A stretch of DNA of 64,000 nt from Camelus ferus (Eukaryota). A model generated the notes under the pieces. That model made no database searches and was not told the DNA's origin. It worked only from the letters and a program-made list of their open reading frames with translations. Numbering within the stretch: position 1 is the stretch's first letter; every line of letters begins with the position of its first letter. This document shows, one piece after another, positions 25,861-38,679 of this stretch. The stretch is from positions 52,020,001 to 52,084,000 of the forward strand of contig NC_045707.1 of the NCBI RefSeq assembly GCF_009834535.1, given 5' to 3'. The translations under genes were made by a program, and so were the position numbers.

Positions 25861-27547
25861 ACGTGGGGCAATAACACAAAAATTAGGTAAAACAATGGGC
25901 TGCTCTGTGTGAATGAGGGAACACAAAATATAAAACATACTCACTCCCCTGATATGGTTGTTATAGCATGGGTGTTATTGCTAAAAACATTTGTCTTAGA
26001 AGTAATAAATCATGTGCCATACACCTTCATACAGAGCTGGAGTTTTATTTACCTGGATTCAAAACTCGGTTCTGATAGAGTGACTTGGAAAGAAAGAAAG
26101 TTGATTTCACTATCACCAATCAAGTTAACTCATCAATGAATGTTGAATAATAAAATCTGCCTCATAGGGTGATTGTTAGAACTGAAGGAAATAGCTTAAA
26201 TGCCCAGTACAAATACTAGGTTCTTTGTAACCCTTGTTTCTTGTCTTTCTTTTTCCCTTATATATTATTCTATAAACATTTTATTAATACAATAATGGGC
26301 ATATAAAATTTACGGGAACACTTGCTCTATATTCTGCTCTATGGGCTCATGAATAAAAAATTATAGAAGAATTTGGAAGTTGTAATAAAAATGTTTTATC
26401 ATCTATCATACAAAAACTCATTTCTAATAGTATTCAGCCTCCCTATTTCATGTTGTGGTGGGAAGTAAAACCTGTCTCACATAATAGAAACCAGAGGGAT
26501 CATTTCTTCCTTTTTAGCCCAGTGCAGCCGGCAGGCTGACCCACAGCTTGAGTCGGGAAGGATGTTTTTTCCCAACAGGATGACACTTGTTCTCCAAGAT
26601 TACATAAAAGTTACATAGTGAGAGAGTAACAAATAACTTTTTCATAATTTCCCTTAAAAAAGTGAAATGAAGTAATTTAAGCAGAGCACTTATAAAAGAG
26701 CCTTTTAATACAATTAAAAGTCAATAAAACTGAAGTCTTAACATTGTCACTGTTGCTTTGTTGACTATATTGCCCTTTGGGTGATATGACCAAACCATTG
26801 TCTCAGACTTGCTTCTGGAGCCTCCTGCTACCTGTTTTTTCTAAGTCTGTCGTAAATTTTGAGAACTCTTGATATTCTTGCAATAGTTAAGTCTTTTGTC
26901 TTAAGTTAGAGTCTGTTGCTTACAAAGCAACTGATAAATAGACCAGAGAAGTTTGTCTTTGAAATTTTAGTCATGAAGAGGCTTGGGGTTCTTATTAACT
27001 AGTTGAATTGTCTGGATTTTGTCTTTTAACACAATGTATCTGTCCATGACCATAATGGATAGAAGACACTGAAGATATACGATAGCAAAGCTTGGCCTCT
27101 GTGTAAAATCCTGAAACAATAGAATGTTCATATATCATATTGATAATTTCTTACATTATTTAAGTTTTATTAAATCCCTTGAAAGACTGTCTATTTTAAT
27201 AAATTTAGTTGTTATTTTCTAGTTGTATATTATTGTGGACGTTTCCTAATAGCAATAAAGCTCAGTTTTCTCACTTGTCAAAAAAAGAAAATACTATTTT
27301 TATAAGATTTTTGTAAGGATTATTATATTAGATATTATATAAAATGCACTAAGCAATATTAGGGTTTTTTTAGCCCAAATAAGTTGAAGGAACAATATTT
27401 ACAATAATGACGAAAGTCTTAGCTTTTTTCTTGATTGAGGTCAAACTAAAGTTGTCGTCATATAGTTTCTAGTTTAATCAAAACATTCCTTTCACTGCTG
27501 TCTCTGTAATGTAGATGGAGATGGAGATTCGACTCTCTCCATATTAC

Positions 27548-28266
27548 TGTTACTGAACCAAACTTGGGACCACTGCTCACACGCAGTAAACCCAATCTAC
27601 TGACACTGAGTTGTAGTGAAGGGAAGTGCAGTGTTTATGTGAGGTACCAGGCAAGGAGTTAAGGGCAGCTAGTGCTCAAAAAGCCTCGACTCCATGGCTG
27701 GTTTAAGGGAAGCATTTTTAAAAGCAAGATGAGGAGGGGCCTTGCAGGGTGGGGGTCCGCTCCTACACCATTCTCTGGTTGACTGACTGACGGTGATGTG
27801 ACAGGGCCCTGTAATGTATGCACATTGGTACAGTGGTAACCCCTGCATGGAATGTAACAGCGGTTGGCATTACCCATCATCAGGCTTCCGTAGGTCTGAG
27901 GGCAGCTGTGCTCATGTTCATCAGGAGGTTAACTTCTCCTATTCAGTGGGCATGTTACATCTGTAAAACAACTCAGGGAAAAGTGCGTCAGGTACTGTCA
28001 TCTGGGTATTTCAGAGAGAAGCTGAAGATTCTATCACTGCCATGTGGCTGAGTTACAGTTTAAATTCTTACCAGTCCTCCTGGCTCAACTGCTTTGTTTG
28101 TCATGACACGTTTACATCCTTTCAATCATTAATTCTTGATCCAGGCTTTTGTGACTCCAGGAGGCCTGGGAGACTACAGCTTTTCTACAGACAAGAGGCA
28201 GGTGGAGGACATGGGGGAAGGGGTCTGTCCTGGAAGGGAGGCTCCGTAGGGTCCTGCTCTGTTATG
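27548..28266 (-). mobile_element. ERV solo LTR (ERV1-like, ~720 bp)
   Basis: GC-elevated block bounded by TGTTAC... and ...gggtcctgctctgtta. The minus strand starts taacagagcaggaccctacgg...caggacagacccc, as recalled for laurasiatherian ERV1 LTRs, and ends ...tttggttcagtaaCA. No clear TSD. Confidence 0.8.
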
Positions 28267-29829
28267 CTTTTGTCAGTGGGGTTTTTTTTTTTTTAATCTT
28301 ATCTAGAAACAATAAGGTTAGAATGCCATTTTATTTAAGTAATGTCCGTTATTTTCTTTGAAAGGTATTAGGTTAAGGCACAAAGGCACGGCTGTGAAAA
28401 GCTTCATTTTTCTTTAAAGTCTCTATGAATATATTTGCCTTACATTTTAGTAACTCAATAGGCAAAGAATGATATTTGTCAGTAATTTAAGTTCTATATC
28501 TTTAGGTTTGTTGTTGTTGCTTTTGCAACTGTTGTTTGATTGTTTTTTTCATTTGGGAGAATTTTAAGAGTAGTTTGGCTATTTATCATAGAAAATTTTG
28601 ATTAATCTAGGAACAGTTTGCTTTTTCCTTGAGAGAATTTTTTGATGTGCTCTAACATGTTACATACCTACACTAGATATGCATATAAATATTTACTTGA
28701 TGCAGTTTTTGAACTATTCAATGGGCTACCTATTGGCCTGTCAGATACTACTCATCTGGTACCAATATGGGCACATTTATGAAGACATACTTTAATTTTG
28801 CATTTTGTGTTTATTATTTTTTTGGCTCTCTTCAGTATTTCTTTATAGTTATTAGTAGGCATTAGAGAAAAATAGTATTTTGATTATGAATAAATAACAA
28901 AACATAAAGCATACATATGGAACATAGAATATATGTAAAATGAAGTCTGTATTAGTCAGTGTAGTATGTTAAGTGATTTCAAACATATATGTATATACAC
29001 ACACATATATATATAAATTTACATATACTCGGATGATCCAAGCTGGTATATAAATTATATACTACTTGATTGTGAAATCTAATCAGAAGTAGAATAAGTA
29101 CATGGAAAAATATTTTTTTTTTCCTTCTTGAAAGACATGGAAATAATACTCTGGTATACAAGACATAGTCTAAGTGCTTATATTGCTACAGCATATTGAT
29201 TTTCTGACTGTAGGCTTCATCATAATTGGACAGTAAACTATTCTATTTAATTTGTGGCAGTGTTGTCAGAAGTATATAATTTAGAGTTATATATTAAATG
29301 AATTTAAATAAGTCCCTTGGATTTATTTATTTATCTACCTTATTTGAATTAAATTGTCCTTCTGTATGGTAATGAGAAGATATAGAACCCCTACTTAATG
29401 ATGAAGAATGATTAGAATTTTAACATTTCTTTTGGAATATAAATTAATCCTCTAGTTAGTAAAAAATGGAGAAGAATGTGCCTTGTTGCTCTAAAGCACT
29501 TAAAGGAGAATGCTATCTTGCCCATTAACTACCAGCTTACTGCCTCTTTTTCCTTGTGTGTTTTTCTAATCAAGGACATACTTTCTCCCCTGAGGCACGT
29601 GGGAGTTTAGCAATTACTTGCAGCTCTAACACTTGGCAATTTCTTCTGGGACTGCAATCTGTTAGAGTTCAATTTTCTCAGCCACAGACAAAATGATCAG
29701 AATGAATTCATTCCTTCAGAATGAAACCAAGTGAATAAACTAAATGTGATTGAAATGAACTTAGGTGGCACTCATACATAAATCAACAGACAACCCCGGC
29801 ACATAACCTGACTGTACATACTTATGGCA

Positions 29830-30520
29830 TGTGTTTCATATTCTAGCAACTTTTAAAAGTTTTTTTTTTAGTCTCCTAAGGAACATTTTTAAAGTCCCAG
29901 TGAAGTTCAGTATAGATGTGATAATTGTGATTATGTATATATTTGCAGTATCATTCTGCAAAGAGGATATATTACATGATACGCTCTCCAACAGTGTAAG
30001 ACAGTCACCGTAACCACACAACTTCACTAATGCTCAGTAGTAACAAATGTTTTTGTCTTCATCAATCTGTCAGGTAAAAATGCAAAACACAAAACAACAA
30101 AAATACGTTTTTGGTTTTTTTTTTTTGAAATTTACACCTATTTCAGGATGAGTGAGCTTAATTGAGCTTAAACAATTTTCACAGTTTTATTAGCCATTTA
30201 TTTATGAATTCTTGTGAATTTATTCATGTTAGTTTTACATTTTTCTTTTTTATGTGTAAAAAAGCCATTTCCATTTAAAGAATTGAGTCTTTTGCCACAT
30301 ATGTTGCAGATTTTTCCCCCAGACTTAACTGTTACACAGACATATCACTCATAGGAATTTATCCAAAAAACATATTGGACAGATTTATAAAGCATATTTA
30401 TTGCTGCATTATTGGTGAGAAACTAAGGCTAGAATTTACATAAATATGAATAAAGACTGATTTGGATAAATCATAAAACATCCCTTCTATAGAATATTAA
30501 GTTAATTTAAAGAATGAACC
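29830..30520. mobile_element. Old L1 fragments in both orientations
   Basis: Antisense 3'-region motifs (ttattagccattt, atatgttgcagatttttcccc), then sense motifs (ataggaatttatccaaa, atatttattgctgcattatt). Confidence 0.55.
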
Positions 30521-30521
30521 A

Positions 30522-31412
30522 GGAGGGAGTGCCAAGATGGCAGAGTAGAGGGACTCAACAGCTTGCCCTCTCCCACAAATACACCAAGAATTACAGTCTA
30601 CAGACCCACTGAATCATGCAGAACACCTACAGAACTTTGGCAGAGTGTCTCTCACTTTGAAATACAAGAGGATTCCTCATAAAAACTGATAGGAGAAAAA
30701 AAAGAGGGAGGGGGGAGAAAAAGGAAATCAGTGCAGGACCAGTCCCACGGGGAGGGAGCATCAAAGGAAGAAAAGCACCCTCATGCTGGGACGCTCCTCT
30801 CGAGCCAGGAGGTCAGTGGGGACAGAAGCGGAGCTTCCAGGGCTCAGAGGGGTAAGTGGCAGCCACTTGGCAGACAGAACTAAGAGAAACTGGCATGGAG
30901 GTTCCCTGTGATCCCCATCCCTAGATGCTAGTCAGCGGGGATGGGCCAGGACTGGCTGCTGGAGATGGGTTATGAGTCTGGATAGAGGGCTGGGGCCCAC
31001 TGTACAGAGGCAGCCTCAGGGGACTGAAGGGTGGTGTGAGCTGTGGCCCGAAGTATGTGTGGAATTGAACAGTCGTGGACCACCATAAAAAAAGCAACAG
31101 CGTTAGTGTGCAAAGGGGTGAGGGGCACAAGGCAGACACACTATAGCCACTGTATCTGCTGAGCTCCATTGTTGGTGCGTTCTCCCGAGAAGAAAGGTAG
31201 GGCTCAGTCATAGCCGTCACATGGCTCCTGTGCAGTTCCAGGGTGGAGGCAGGGCTAAAACCTGAATCCATACCTAGGGCCCTGCAGCTTCACAGGCCAG
31301 TCTGAGATTTATTTACAGCCCCAAGCAGAGGTGGCGTATTTGCTCCACTGGTTCCTTTGTAGATCCACATCTGTGGGAGAGCAGAGAGCAAGCTGAGTTC
31401 TGGTTCAGGTAG
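30522..31412 (+). mobile_element. LINE-1 5'UTR fragment (3'-truncated)
   Basis: Sharp switch to GC-rich sequence starting GGAGGGAGTGCCAAGATGGCAGAGTAG. The YY1-type CAAGATGGC at 30533-30541 is typical of L1 5' ends. It is preceded by TTTAAAGAA (an L1 endonuclease-like target) and ends abruptly at about 31412. Confidence 0.78.
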
Positions 31413-32400
31413 GGGTATTTTAATCTGTAGCATGGTATGTCTTTCCTTGTATTTGTTCTTAATAATTCTCAATGATTTAATTTTTTGTGCATAGATCTTG
31501 TACATATTTCATTAGATTTATTGCTAAGCAGTTGATGTGTTTCTGATAGTTTTTTAAATATGTATAAACATAATTTTATAATATACCTGCTATAGTTTTC
31601 TTTGCCATAATTTTATAATATACCTGCTATAGTTTTCTTTCATTGACTTAATGTGTTTTTCACATTAAAAAGTTCTCAGATATTCTGTCTTCAAATATTG
31701 CTTCTGCCCCCTTACCTTTCTCCTCTTTTGACTGAGACTCCAGTCGTAAATGTGGGATGGAATGTGTTGATTGGTACAGATGTGAAAGTGTTGATACTGG
31801 AGGAACTACATATATGCGGAACCAACTATAAGTTAGACACAGATTTTCAGCTGCAGGGGAGTTGGCACTTCTAACTTCTATGTTGTTCAAGGGTCAACTG
31901 TAATTCTCATCTCAACTGTGATAAATATTGTAAACTGATCCACTGATATTTTAATTTAAATTATTATACTTCTAATTTCTTTAATCACCTTTGAATTCTT
32001 TGTATATACTAGACGCAATCCTCTATTGAAATTCTACTTTGTCCTTTAGTTGTTTAAAATAGATATTTTAAAGTCTATATAATAACTCTAGTATCCCTAT
32101 TTTCTGTAAATTATGTTTCTTTTGAAAGTATTTTCTGTTTTTTAATATGCTGTGTGACTTATGCCGTTTAATTTTGTACTCAATGTCAGATATAATATAT
32201 GAAAAATGTGGAGATCATTTGAGACTCTAGATAATGTTATATTTCCCTAGAGGTGATTTCATTTGCTTACGGGAGACAACTAGAAAATGGAAAGATCACT
32301 TAATTCAATTAAGAATTGAGTTGATTGGTAGTCCCTTAGCGCATGTTGACTGTTCCAGTTTATTCAGTTCCGAGTGTGTAGCCATTTGTGGTTCTAACAG
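31413..32400 (-). mobile_element. Old L1 fragments
   Basis: catggtatgtctttcc.tgtattt, tagatcttgtacatatttcattagatttatt, aaaagttctcag.tatt.tgtcttcaaatattgcttctgcccc, ttttaaagtct.tat.taataactc. Confidence 0.6.
31569..31640 (+). repeat. Perfect 35-bp direct repeat (period 37)
   Basis: cataattttataatatacctgctatagttttcttt at 31569-31603 and 31606-31640. Confidence 0.95.
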
Positions 32401-32673
32401 AGCTGGTGGTATTTACTGGGTATCTCTTTCTTGGCTCTATCTCATTGATCGTTTTCATGCCTTCAATACATTGATACCACTGAAGCTCTGCTCATGTGTC
32501 TCAACATCTTATCTGCTGCTTTCAAAATCCACAGCTCAAATGGAAGGGCTTCCTTCCCTCTGTTTTTCTTCTCTCCCTCATCTTGACCCTGCTAATTCTT
32601 ACTGCCACAGTAGCTCCACTATGCCTTACTCTCAAGAGGATTGTTCTAAAACAGGCTAGTCCTTCATTGCCAG

Positions 32674-33139
32674 TTGGTGGGTGAAAAAAACCTTTCATTC
32701 TTTCCTTCTCAGTCATTTGGCTGGTCTAATAATTAAATTGACATGAGACACAATAGAAAAACAAATTTTCTATGTATGGGAGCCCCATAAAAGTATGAGA
32801 CTCAGAGAAGTGACCAAAGGAGGCAACTTTGATAACTTTTAGACAGGAAAACAAATTTACAAAGAATTGACAAGGCATGTGGTAGTAAAGTAGTGAAGAA
32901 GTAATAATGTTTGTATATATAGGGCCTAAATTTCCTATTTCTGGTAATTAGAATGCTTTCTATCCACCTGATGCTTAAAAGATACCTTTCACATGGTACA
33001 TTTATTTCCTGTTTTCAGGGGGATGAAGGAGGATTAGAGTTTCCTACTTGTACTGGCTGTTTTTTAAAGTAATTTTAATGGAAAATAATCAATATGCCAA
33101 AATGGTGTATCTTGAGTTGGCATATTCTGTTCCCTTTCA
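32674..33139 (-). mobile_element. ERV1 solo LTR, MER34-like
   Basis: The minus strand begins TGAAAGGGAACAGAATATGCCAACTCAAGATACACCATTTTGGCATATTGATTATTTT, matching the recalled MER34-group start (aatatgccaccccaaaatatgccactttggcata..gattatttt). Confidence 0.78.
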
Positions 33140-33149
33140 CCCATAAGTG

Positions 33150-34430
33150 GAACTAGAAATATGTATAGATGGACTGACTATGAAGTGTAATAGAAGGTAC
33201 AGTGATTAGGAGGCCTCAAAAGTTTGGGGCTTGAATAACTGGGGAAGACTTTTGTCACTTATTAAGTAACAATACTAAAGAACAGGTTGAGGAATTATAG
33301 GAGATCAAAGTATTTTGTCAAATGTATTAAATTTGAAATACAGTATAGAAACTTGAATATACAAATCTAGAATTTATAAGAATTACATGGGTTAAAACAC
33401 ATTTTGGAATTATTAATATAAATGGTAATAAAAAACCGCTAAACTAGATGAGACCGAAGACTGTTATAGGTAGAAAAAGGAAGTGATTGTAAGATTGAGG
33501 TCTGGGAACTCCAGGGGTTAGGGGTTGGGATCAAAATCATAAGTAAGAAGAGAGAATGAAAGACTGTTTCCAGAGATGAAAGTGGATGAGTGGAAGTGTG
33601 GGATGTCTCAGAAGCCTTTGAGAGTGCCAGTATGAAATTAATATGGAACTATGAAATAATGATCTGTGTTTTAAATTGTAAAGTATATAGCTTAAGAAAC
33701 ATCTATTGAATGTGACGATGTGTTAATCACAGGGAACCTTGAAAAAGTCATTCCATACAAGGGATGGGAAGGAAATCATGAAAAAAAAAATTCAAGAAAG
33801 AAGGAAAAAGAAGAAATGCAGACAGCAAATACAGATAATATATTTGAGCCATTTCATATAATGAATGGAACAGACACTTGGGGAGTAGCTGAAAGGATGT
33901 AAGGAGTTTTCTTTTTAATTAAGTTGGGAATTTTTTTTAGAAATAATTCTGCTCAGAGGAAAAATCCAATAATGTCAGAAAGAAAGGGGAGCACTTGCAG
34001 AAGGATATTCTGTAACTAAAAATAGGATATGAAATGCAGGGCACAAGTGAGGGTTGGCATTAGATAAGGTGGTGGACAGGTTGCCAGCTGCAACAAGAGG
34101 AGAGGGAGAACACAGGTGCAGATGCAGAAGTTATTGGTGCTGTGGCGTTGTGAGGTTTTAAGGACACAAAAGTGTATTACTTTTCATTTTCCCCTAATCC
34201 CCAAAGAAGCAAGGTTATCAGAGTATGAAAAAAGGGAGGGTTATAAGTTTGAAGAAAAGAGAATGTGTGAAAAAGTACTCAAGTGAACGGGAGACAGAGG
34301 TAACTAGGAAAATGTGATGGAAAAATCAGAGCAGGACCAGGGGCTCACTCTGTATCCGTGACCATAGATTTAATATGAGATTTAAACTAAACAAGGTATA
34401 GAGTTGAAGACGTGAGGATGCTGACTGATT
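33150..34430 (-). mobile_element. L2 LINE (degenerate)
   Basis: Purine-rich; ggggcttgaataactgg, aaatgtattaaatttgaaat, cagacagcaaatacagataa, ggcacaagtgagggttggcattagataagg. Confidence 0.6.
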
Positions 34431-34569
34431 ATGTAAAGGTCAGAATCTCTGACAGATTTCCTGAGATTTGCTTTACGATTTGGAAAACTTAAAAGATATA
34501 TTCACATAGAGAAGTGAAAAAATAAATAAATCTTTCCTCTGTGCTAGCTCAAAACTCTAAGTGTTTTTA

Positions 34570-34760
34570 TTCATATTTTTAATTCATTTAATCTTTGCAA
34601 CTCTATTAAGTATTCTTATACCCATTTCATAGATAAACTGAGACACAATATATTGTCCAATTTGCCCTAAGTCACACAGCCAGCAGTTTCAGAGTCAAGT
34701 CTCAAGTCCAGCCTATAATGATCCTGGGACTTACTTTCTTAAAATTCACACTGTTCTTCC
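34570..34760 (-). mobile_element. MIR SINE
   Basis: tcatttaatctttgcaac...cccatttcatagataaactgagacaca...tttgccctaagtcacacagc. Confidence 0.75.
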
Positions 34761-35334
34761 AACCCAGCAAAATGGAGAACATTGGAGCAATCTCTCTAAG
34801 TTGCTAACTGTACGTAATAAAGAGAATTGGTTAAATGTCAGTGTCTTAAATGTGGGAGTTGCTGATAGTGGAGTTCAGACAAGCTCATTCTTCCTGATAT
34901 CTTCTAAATTGTAGCCAGAGAGACAATTTGATCCAAGTCCAACTTTTTTAACTGGAAATTACTCCATTGTAAAGTACGTTTTATAATCTTTCTCTTTGTG
35001 GGTCATGGACCATGGACTTTTTCTCTGTGATGTGTGCAAATGCATTTTATATTGAACTCAGACATTTTGAATTTGTTAAAATGGAAGCATGGCATTTCAG
35101 ATTGTAATGTGATCAGCAACTAATTTTTTTTTTTTTAGATTTGGCCTCCCACATTTAGTTGTCATAGTAGTAGCTGATGAAGAGACCTGGAATTACCAAC
35201 GTTCAATCATGAAAAACATAGCTAGAGCCAAATATACCACCTGTCAATGAAAAGGTTCAAGATTGCTTTTAAATATAGATCTTATTTAATGGCTCAGAGA
35301 AGAAAAAAATAGTTTTATAGCTTACTCTTCTTAA

Positions 35335-35653
35335 AATATTAACTGTAATTGTGATAGTATTAGGCAGTGGAACCTTTGGGTTGGTGATTTGTTCATGAGG
35401 ATTCCATCCTTATGAATGGATTAGTGACTTTACAAAAGAGGCCTCAGGAGCTATCTTGTCCCTTTCACCATGTGAAAACACAGGAAGAAGATGATCATCT
35501 GTGAAACAAGAAGTGGGCTTTTACCAGACACCGAATCTGTCAGAGCCTTGGTCTTGGGCTTCTTGACCTCCAGAACTGAGAAATGAATTTTTGTTGTTTA
35601 TAAGTCACCCAGTCCATGGTAATTTGTTCTAGAAAGTGGGAACTGACCAAGAT
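35335..35653 (+). mobile_element. MaLR LTR, MLT1A-like
   Basis: ccttatgaatggattagtg, accatgtgaaaacacagg, accagacaccgaatctg, cctccagaactgagaaat, tgttgtttataagtcacccagtccatggta. Confidence 0.85.
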
Positions 35654-37912
35654 ACCAATAATTATCTGAGGTTTATATTATGGCTAAACAAATACACTTT
35701 CTTAAAGTGCACTGAAAACATTCCCAAAGTTCTCTAAAAAGTACGGTCATTGAGTCATAGAAAGTACTGGACAAAATGTTTTATCCTGTTATAATGATTT
35801 TTTTTTAAAGTATGTATTAAGGCTGGTTCTTCTTGCTTCTACATAAGGCCAATAGATGTCTATTAAGAACTTTGACATTAGAAAGACAACATTGTCTTAA
35901 GTTAATTTTCTCTGTAGCCTCAGAAATTTACCAATTTATTCAAATATTTATATCTAAGTTGATCTACAAGGCACTGGAAATACAAAATAAAGTAAGAACC
36001 AGGTCTTTCTCTCATTAAATTTATTATATCAGTAAATCAGAGGTGAATCTCTTAGCTTTTCTGCTTAAACAAATTTCCTCTTTACTCTGAGCCTTCACCA
36101 GTAATTTAAGATTAAATGAAATAATGCATTTAAAATAAAAATCAGATTTTACGGCATTTAATAAAGTGATGGTTCTGCCAGGTTTAACCCCTACTAAAAT
36201 TTAATCATTAGAACGATATTTCCAACAACAAATATTTTTTATTCTATTTTACATATACAAGCATACGCTTATGTTCAGATTTAAATTTAAAAATTTGAAA
36301 CCTGTTTACAATCCTGAGGACTGTGTTTGGGTTCTCTAACTGCCATTTGTCCACCCTCACCTTTTAAACAATATCGTATATACATGTCAATCGTGCTCTA
36401 AAGAAAGTGAGGTGGAATAACAGCATTAGCAGGGAAAATTGCTGGGATTAAAAAAAAAATCATCTTTCCCTAGTAAATTTCCACTTTCCGGATTCTAGAC
36501 CTCAGCTATGAAAGCTCAGATAATTGACTTTTTTCCTTCAAACCAAGGGGGAATCAGTCTTTCATGCTTGAGCGCATGTTAACTTCATAAAAAAATTTCA
36601 TATATCAGAGTTGTGATATATTAATTTATGATAAAAACTATTATTGTTAAATGAACCAGAATATATCTATATTATCAGCAGTCATACGTATATTATCGGC
36701 AGTCATTGGATGGATAGAAAACCACATGAAAACTGTTTATTTCTTTGCATGTTCTACTAGGCTGTAGTTTTCTTTAGAGAATCAATCATTTACTATTCAT
36801 CTTTTTGCTCCTAGTAATTAGCATAGTACTCAGTATGCACACAGTGTTGAATGAGTGGATGAGTGAGTGTGTTTAGATGATACTCTATTCAACCATCATT
36901 TATAATTAAACAAAATCTAATTGAATTCTCAGGGCACAATATATGTGAGCTTTCAATGTAAATATACTATGCAGAAAGGAAAATCTTGTATTCCAAGATT
37001 GAAAATGTCATAGCTTATAAAGTAGTTGTCATAAGAGACTTGCCTTCTTTAAATCAAACTCTATAATTTACACTTTTCTGATATATAGTATATATTTTTA
37101 AATCACATCAATGGCAATCTAGTTAGTCCTGACATGGTTATTATAGAAGCTATTACTGCTGAATTCACAATGAAATCTAAATTCTGAAAGATGTGATGCT
37201 AGAATATTGCATGGATAATAAATACAGCATCTGTACATAGAACCACATATATCATAGGACTCTCTAAGTAGTATATATTTTCTTCTTGATAAGAAACAGT
37301 TCCTTTCTCATAGTTTTTATTTAAATAACTATGCTAAGGAGATTCTGAAATAAATTATCAACATATTGGAATCTTGGAAACAGAATACACAAATACTCCC
37401 ATGAGCATGGTGTATCATACACCAGAAAAACAGTGCTTGCAGATGTATAACAAATAAGGTTGCTTTCTTTTCCTGTTTCTTCCTGAAGTCTTGAACTCAA
37501 ATAGCTCTAAGTTCATAGCCATAGAAAGAAAAAATGAAATATAATGTACAATCTTAAAATTCATAAATTATACATAATGGTTTCCCTACCACATTCAGTA
37601 ATATCAGTTTCATTCTAGCTTAAATGTATGGCTATTAACTTACCTTCAGAATACCCTAGCAATGAATATAATTTCTTCTACACCAAGAAAATTAGGTAAG
37701 TTGATTGCTATTTTGTCTCTAAGTCATGTTTACTTAGAGGATGAGTTATTTGAAGGATGTTCTTTTTAAAAATCCAGTTTTAGAAACTATATAACTATAT
37801 GACTAAGAATTATACTTGATGCATCTTTTATACCGCAATGAACACAAAACTCTTACACATTAGTTTTGAAGCTCAGCCAGATAGGAGGTAGTATAACATC
37901 AAGAAATCCATC

Positions 37913-38414
37913 AGTGCTGCTATGAACATTGGGGTGCAGGTGTTATTTTGGAGTAGGGTTCCTTCTGGATATATGCCCAGGAGCAGGATTCCTGGGTCAG
38001 ATTATTCCTAGTCTATTCCTAGTCTTTTGAGGAATCTCCATACTGTTTTCCACAGTGGCTGTACCAAACTACATTCCCAACAGCAATGTAGGGGTGTTCC
38101 CTTTTCACCACAGCCTCTCCAGCATTTGTCGTTTGTGGATTTTTGAATGATGGCCATTCTGACTGGTGTGAGGTGATACCTCATTGTAGTTTTGATTTGC
38201 ATTTCTCTGATAATTAGTGATAGTGAGCATTTTTTCATGTGCCTATTGATCATTTGTATGTCTTCCTTGGAGAATTGCTTGTTTAGGTCTTCTGCCCATT
38301 TTTGGATTGGGTTGTTTGGTTTTTTTTTTCTTATTAAGTTGTATGAGCTGCTTATATATTCTGGAGATCAAGCCTTTGTTGGTTTCATTTGCAAAAATTT
38401 TCTCCCATTCCATA
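37913..38414 (-). mobile_element. Internal LINE-1 ORF2 fragment (C-terminal cysteine-rich region) inserted in or next to a MIR
   Basis: ORF 38008..38253(-) encodes [32 protein letters not shown]...[33 protein letters not shown], the L1 ORF2p C-terminus with an intact C-x3-C-x7-H-x4-C knuckle. Its left part aligns with 21173-21356 in this window. Confidence 0.95.
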
Positions 38415-38600
38415 AGAACTGGAATTGCTCCCTGGCCCCAACAATTGACTAGATGTGAATCCTGGGGAAAGTTCCTTTACCTCTTCTAGCCTTATTTCAT
38501 TTTAAAATGAGGATATTTACGTCTATTTAAACTATGGAAGATCATATGAGATAACCTATGAAAATCTTTGTAAAATGCAGCTTATGGTATAATTTCTGGT
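38415..38600 (+). mobile_element. MIR SINE (3' part, adjoining the L1 fragment)
   Basis: actagatgtgaatcctggggaaagttcctttacctcttctagccttatttcattttaaaatgaggata...atgagataac.tatgaaaa. Confidence 0.65.
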
Positions 38601-38679
38601 TGTTAATTTTATAATCCAACCACCTAGATCTTATTAGAAGTATGTTAGCAATCTTCAAATGCAGTGTGCCTACACAAAT

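Noticed and set aside
30522..31412. CpG-island promoter of a host gene
   Set aside because: GC-rich but CpG-poor, and it begins with an L1 5'-end signature.
32234..32659. Longest ORF (141 aa)
   Set aside because: It lies in or next to decayed L1 sequence, has no recognisable domain, and its length is compatible with chance.
38008..38253. 81-aa ORF with a CCHC motif as a host gene
   Set aside because: It is the C-terminus of LINE-1 ORF2p within a truncated fragment.
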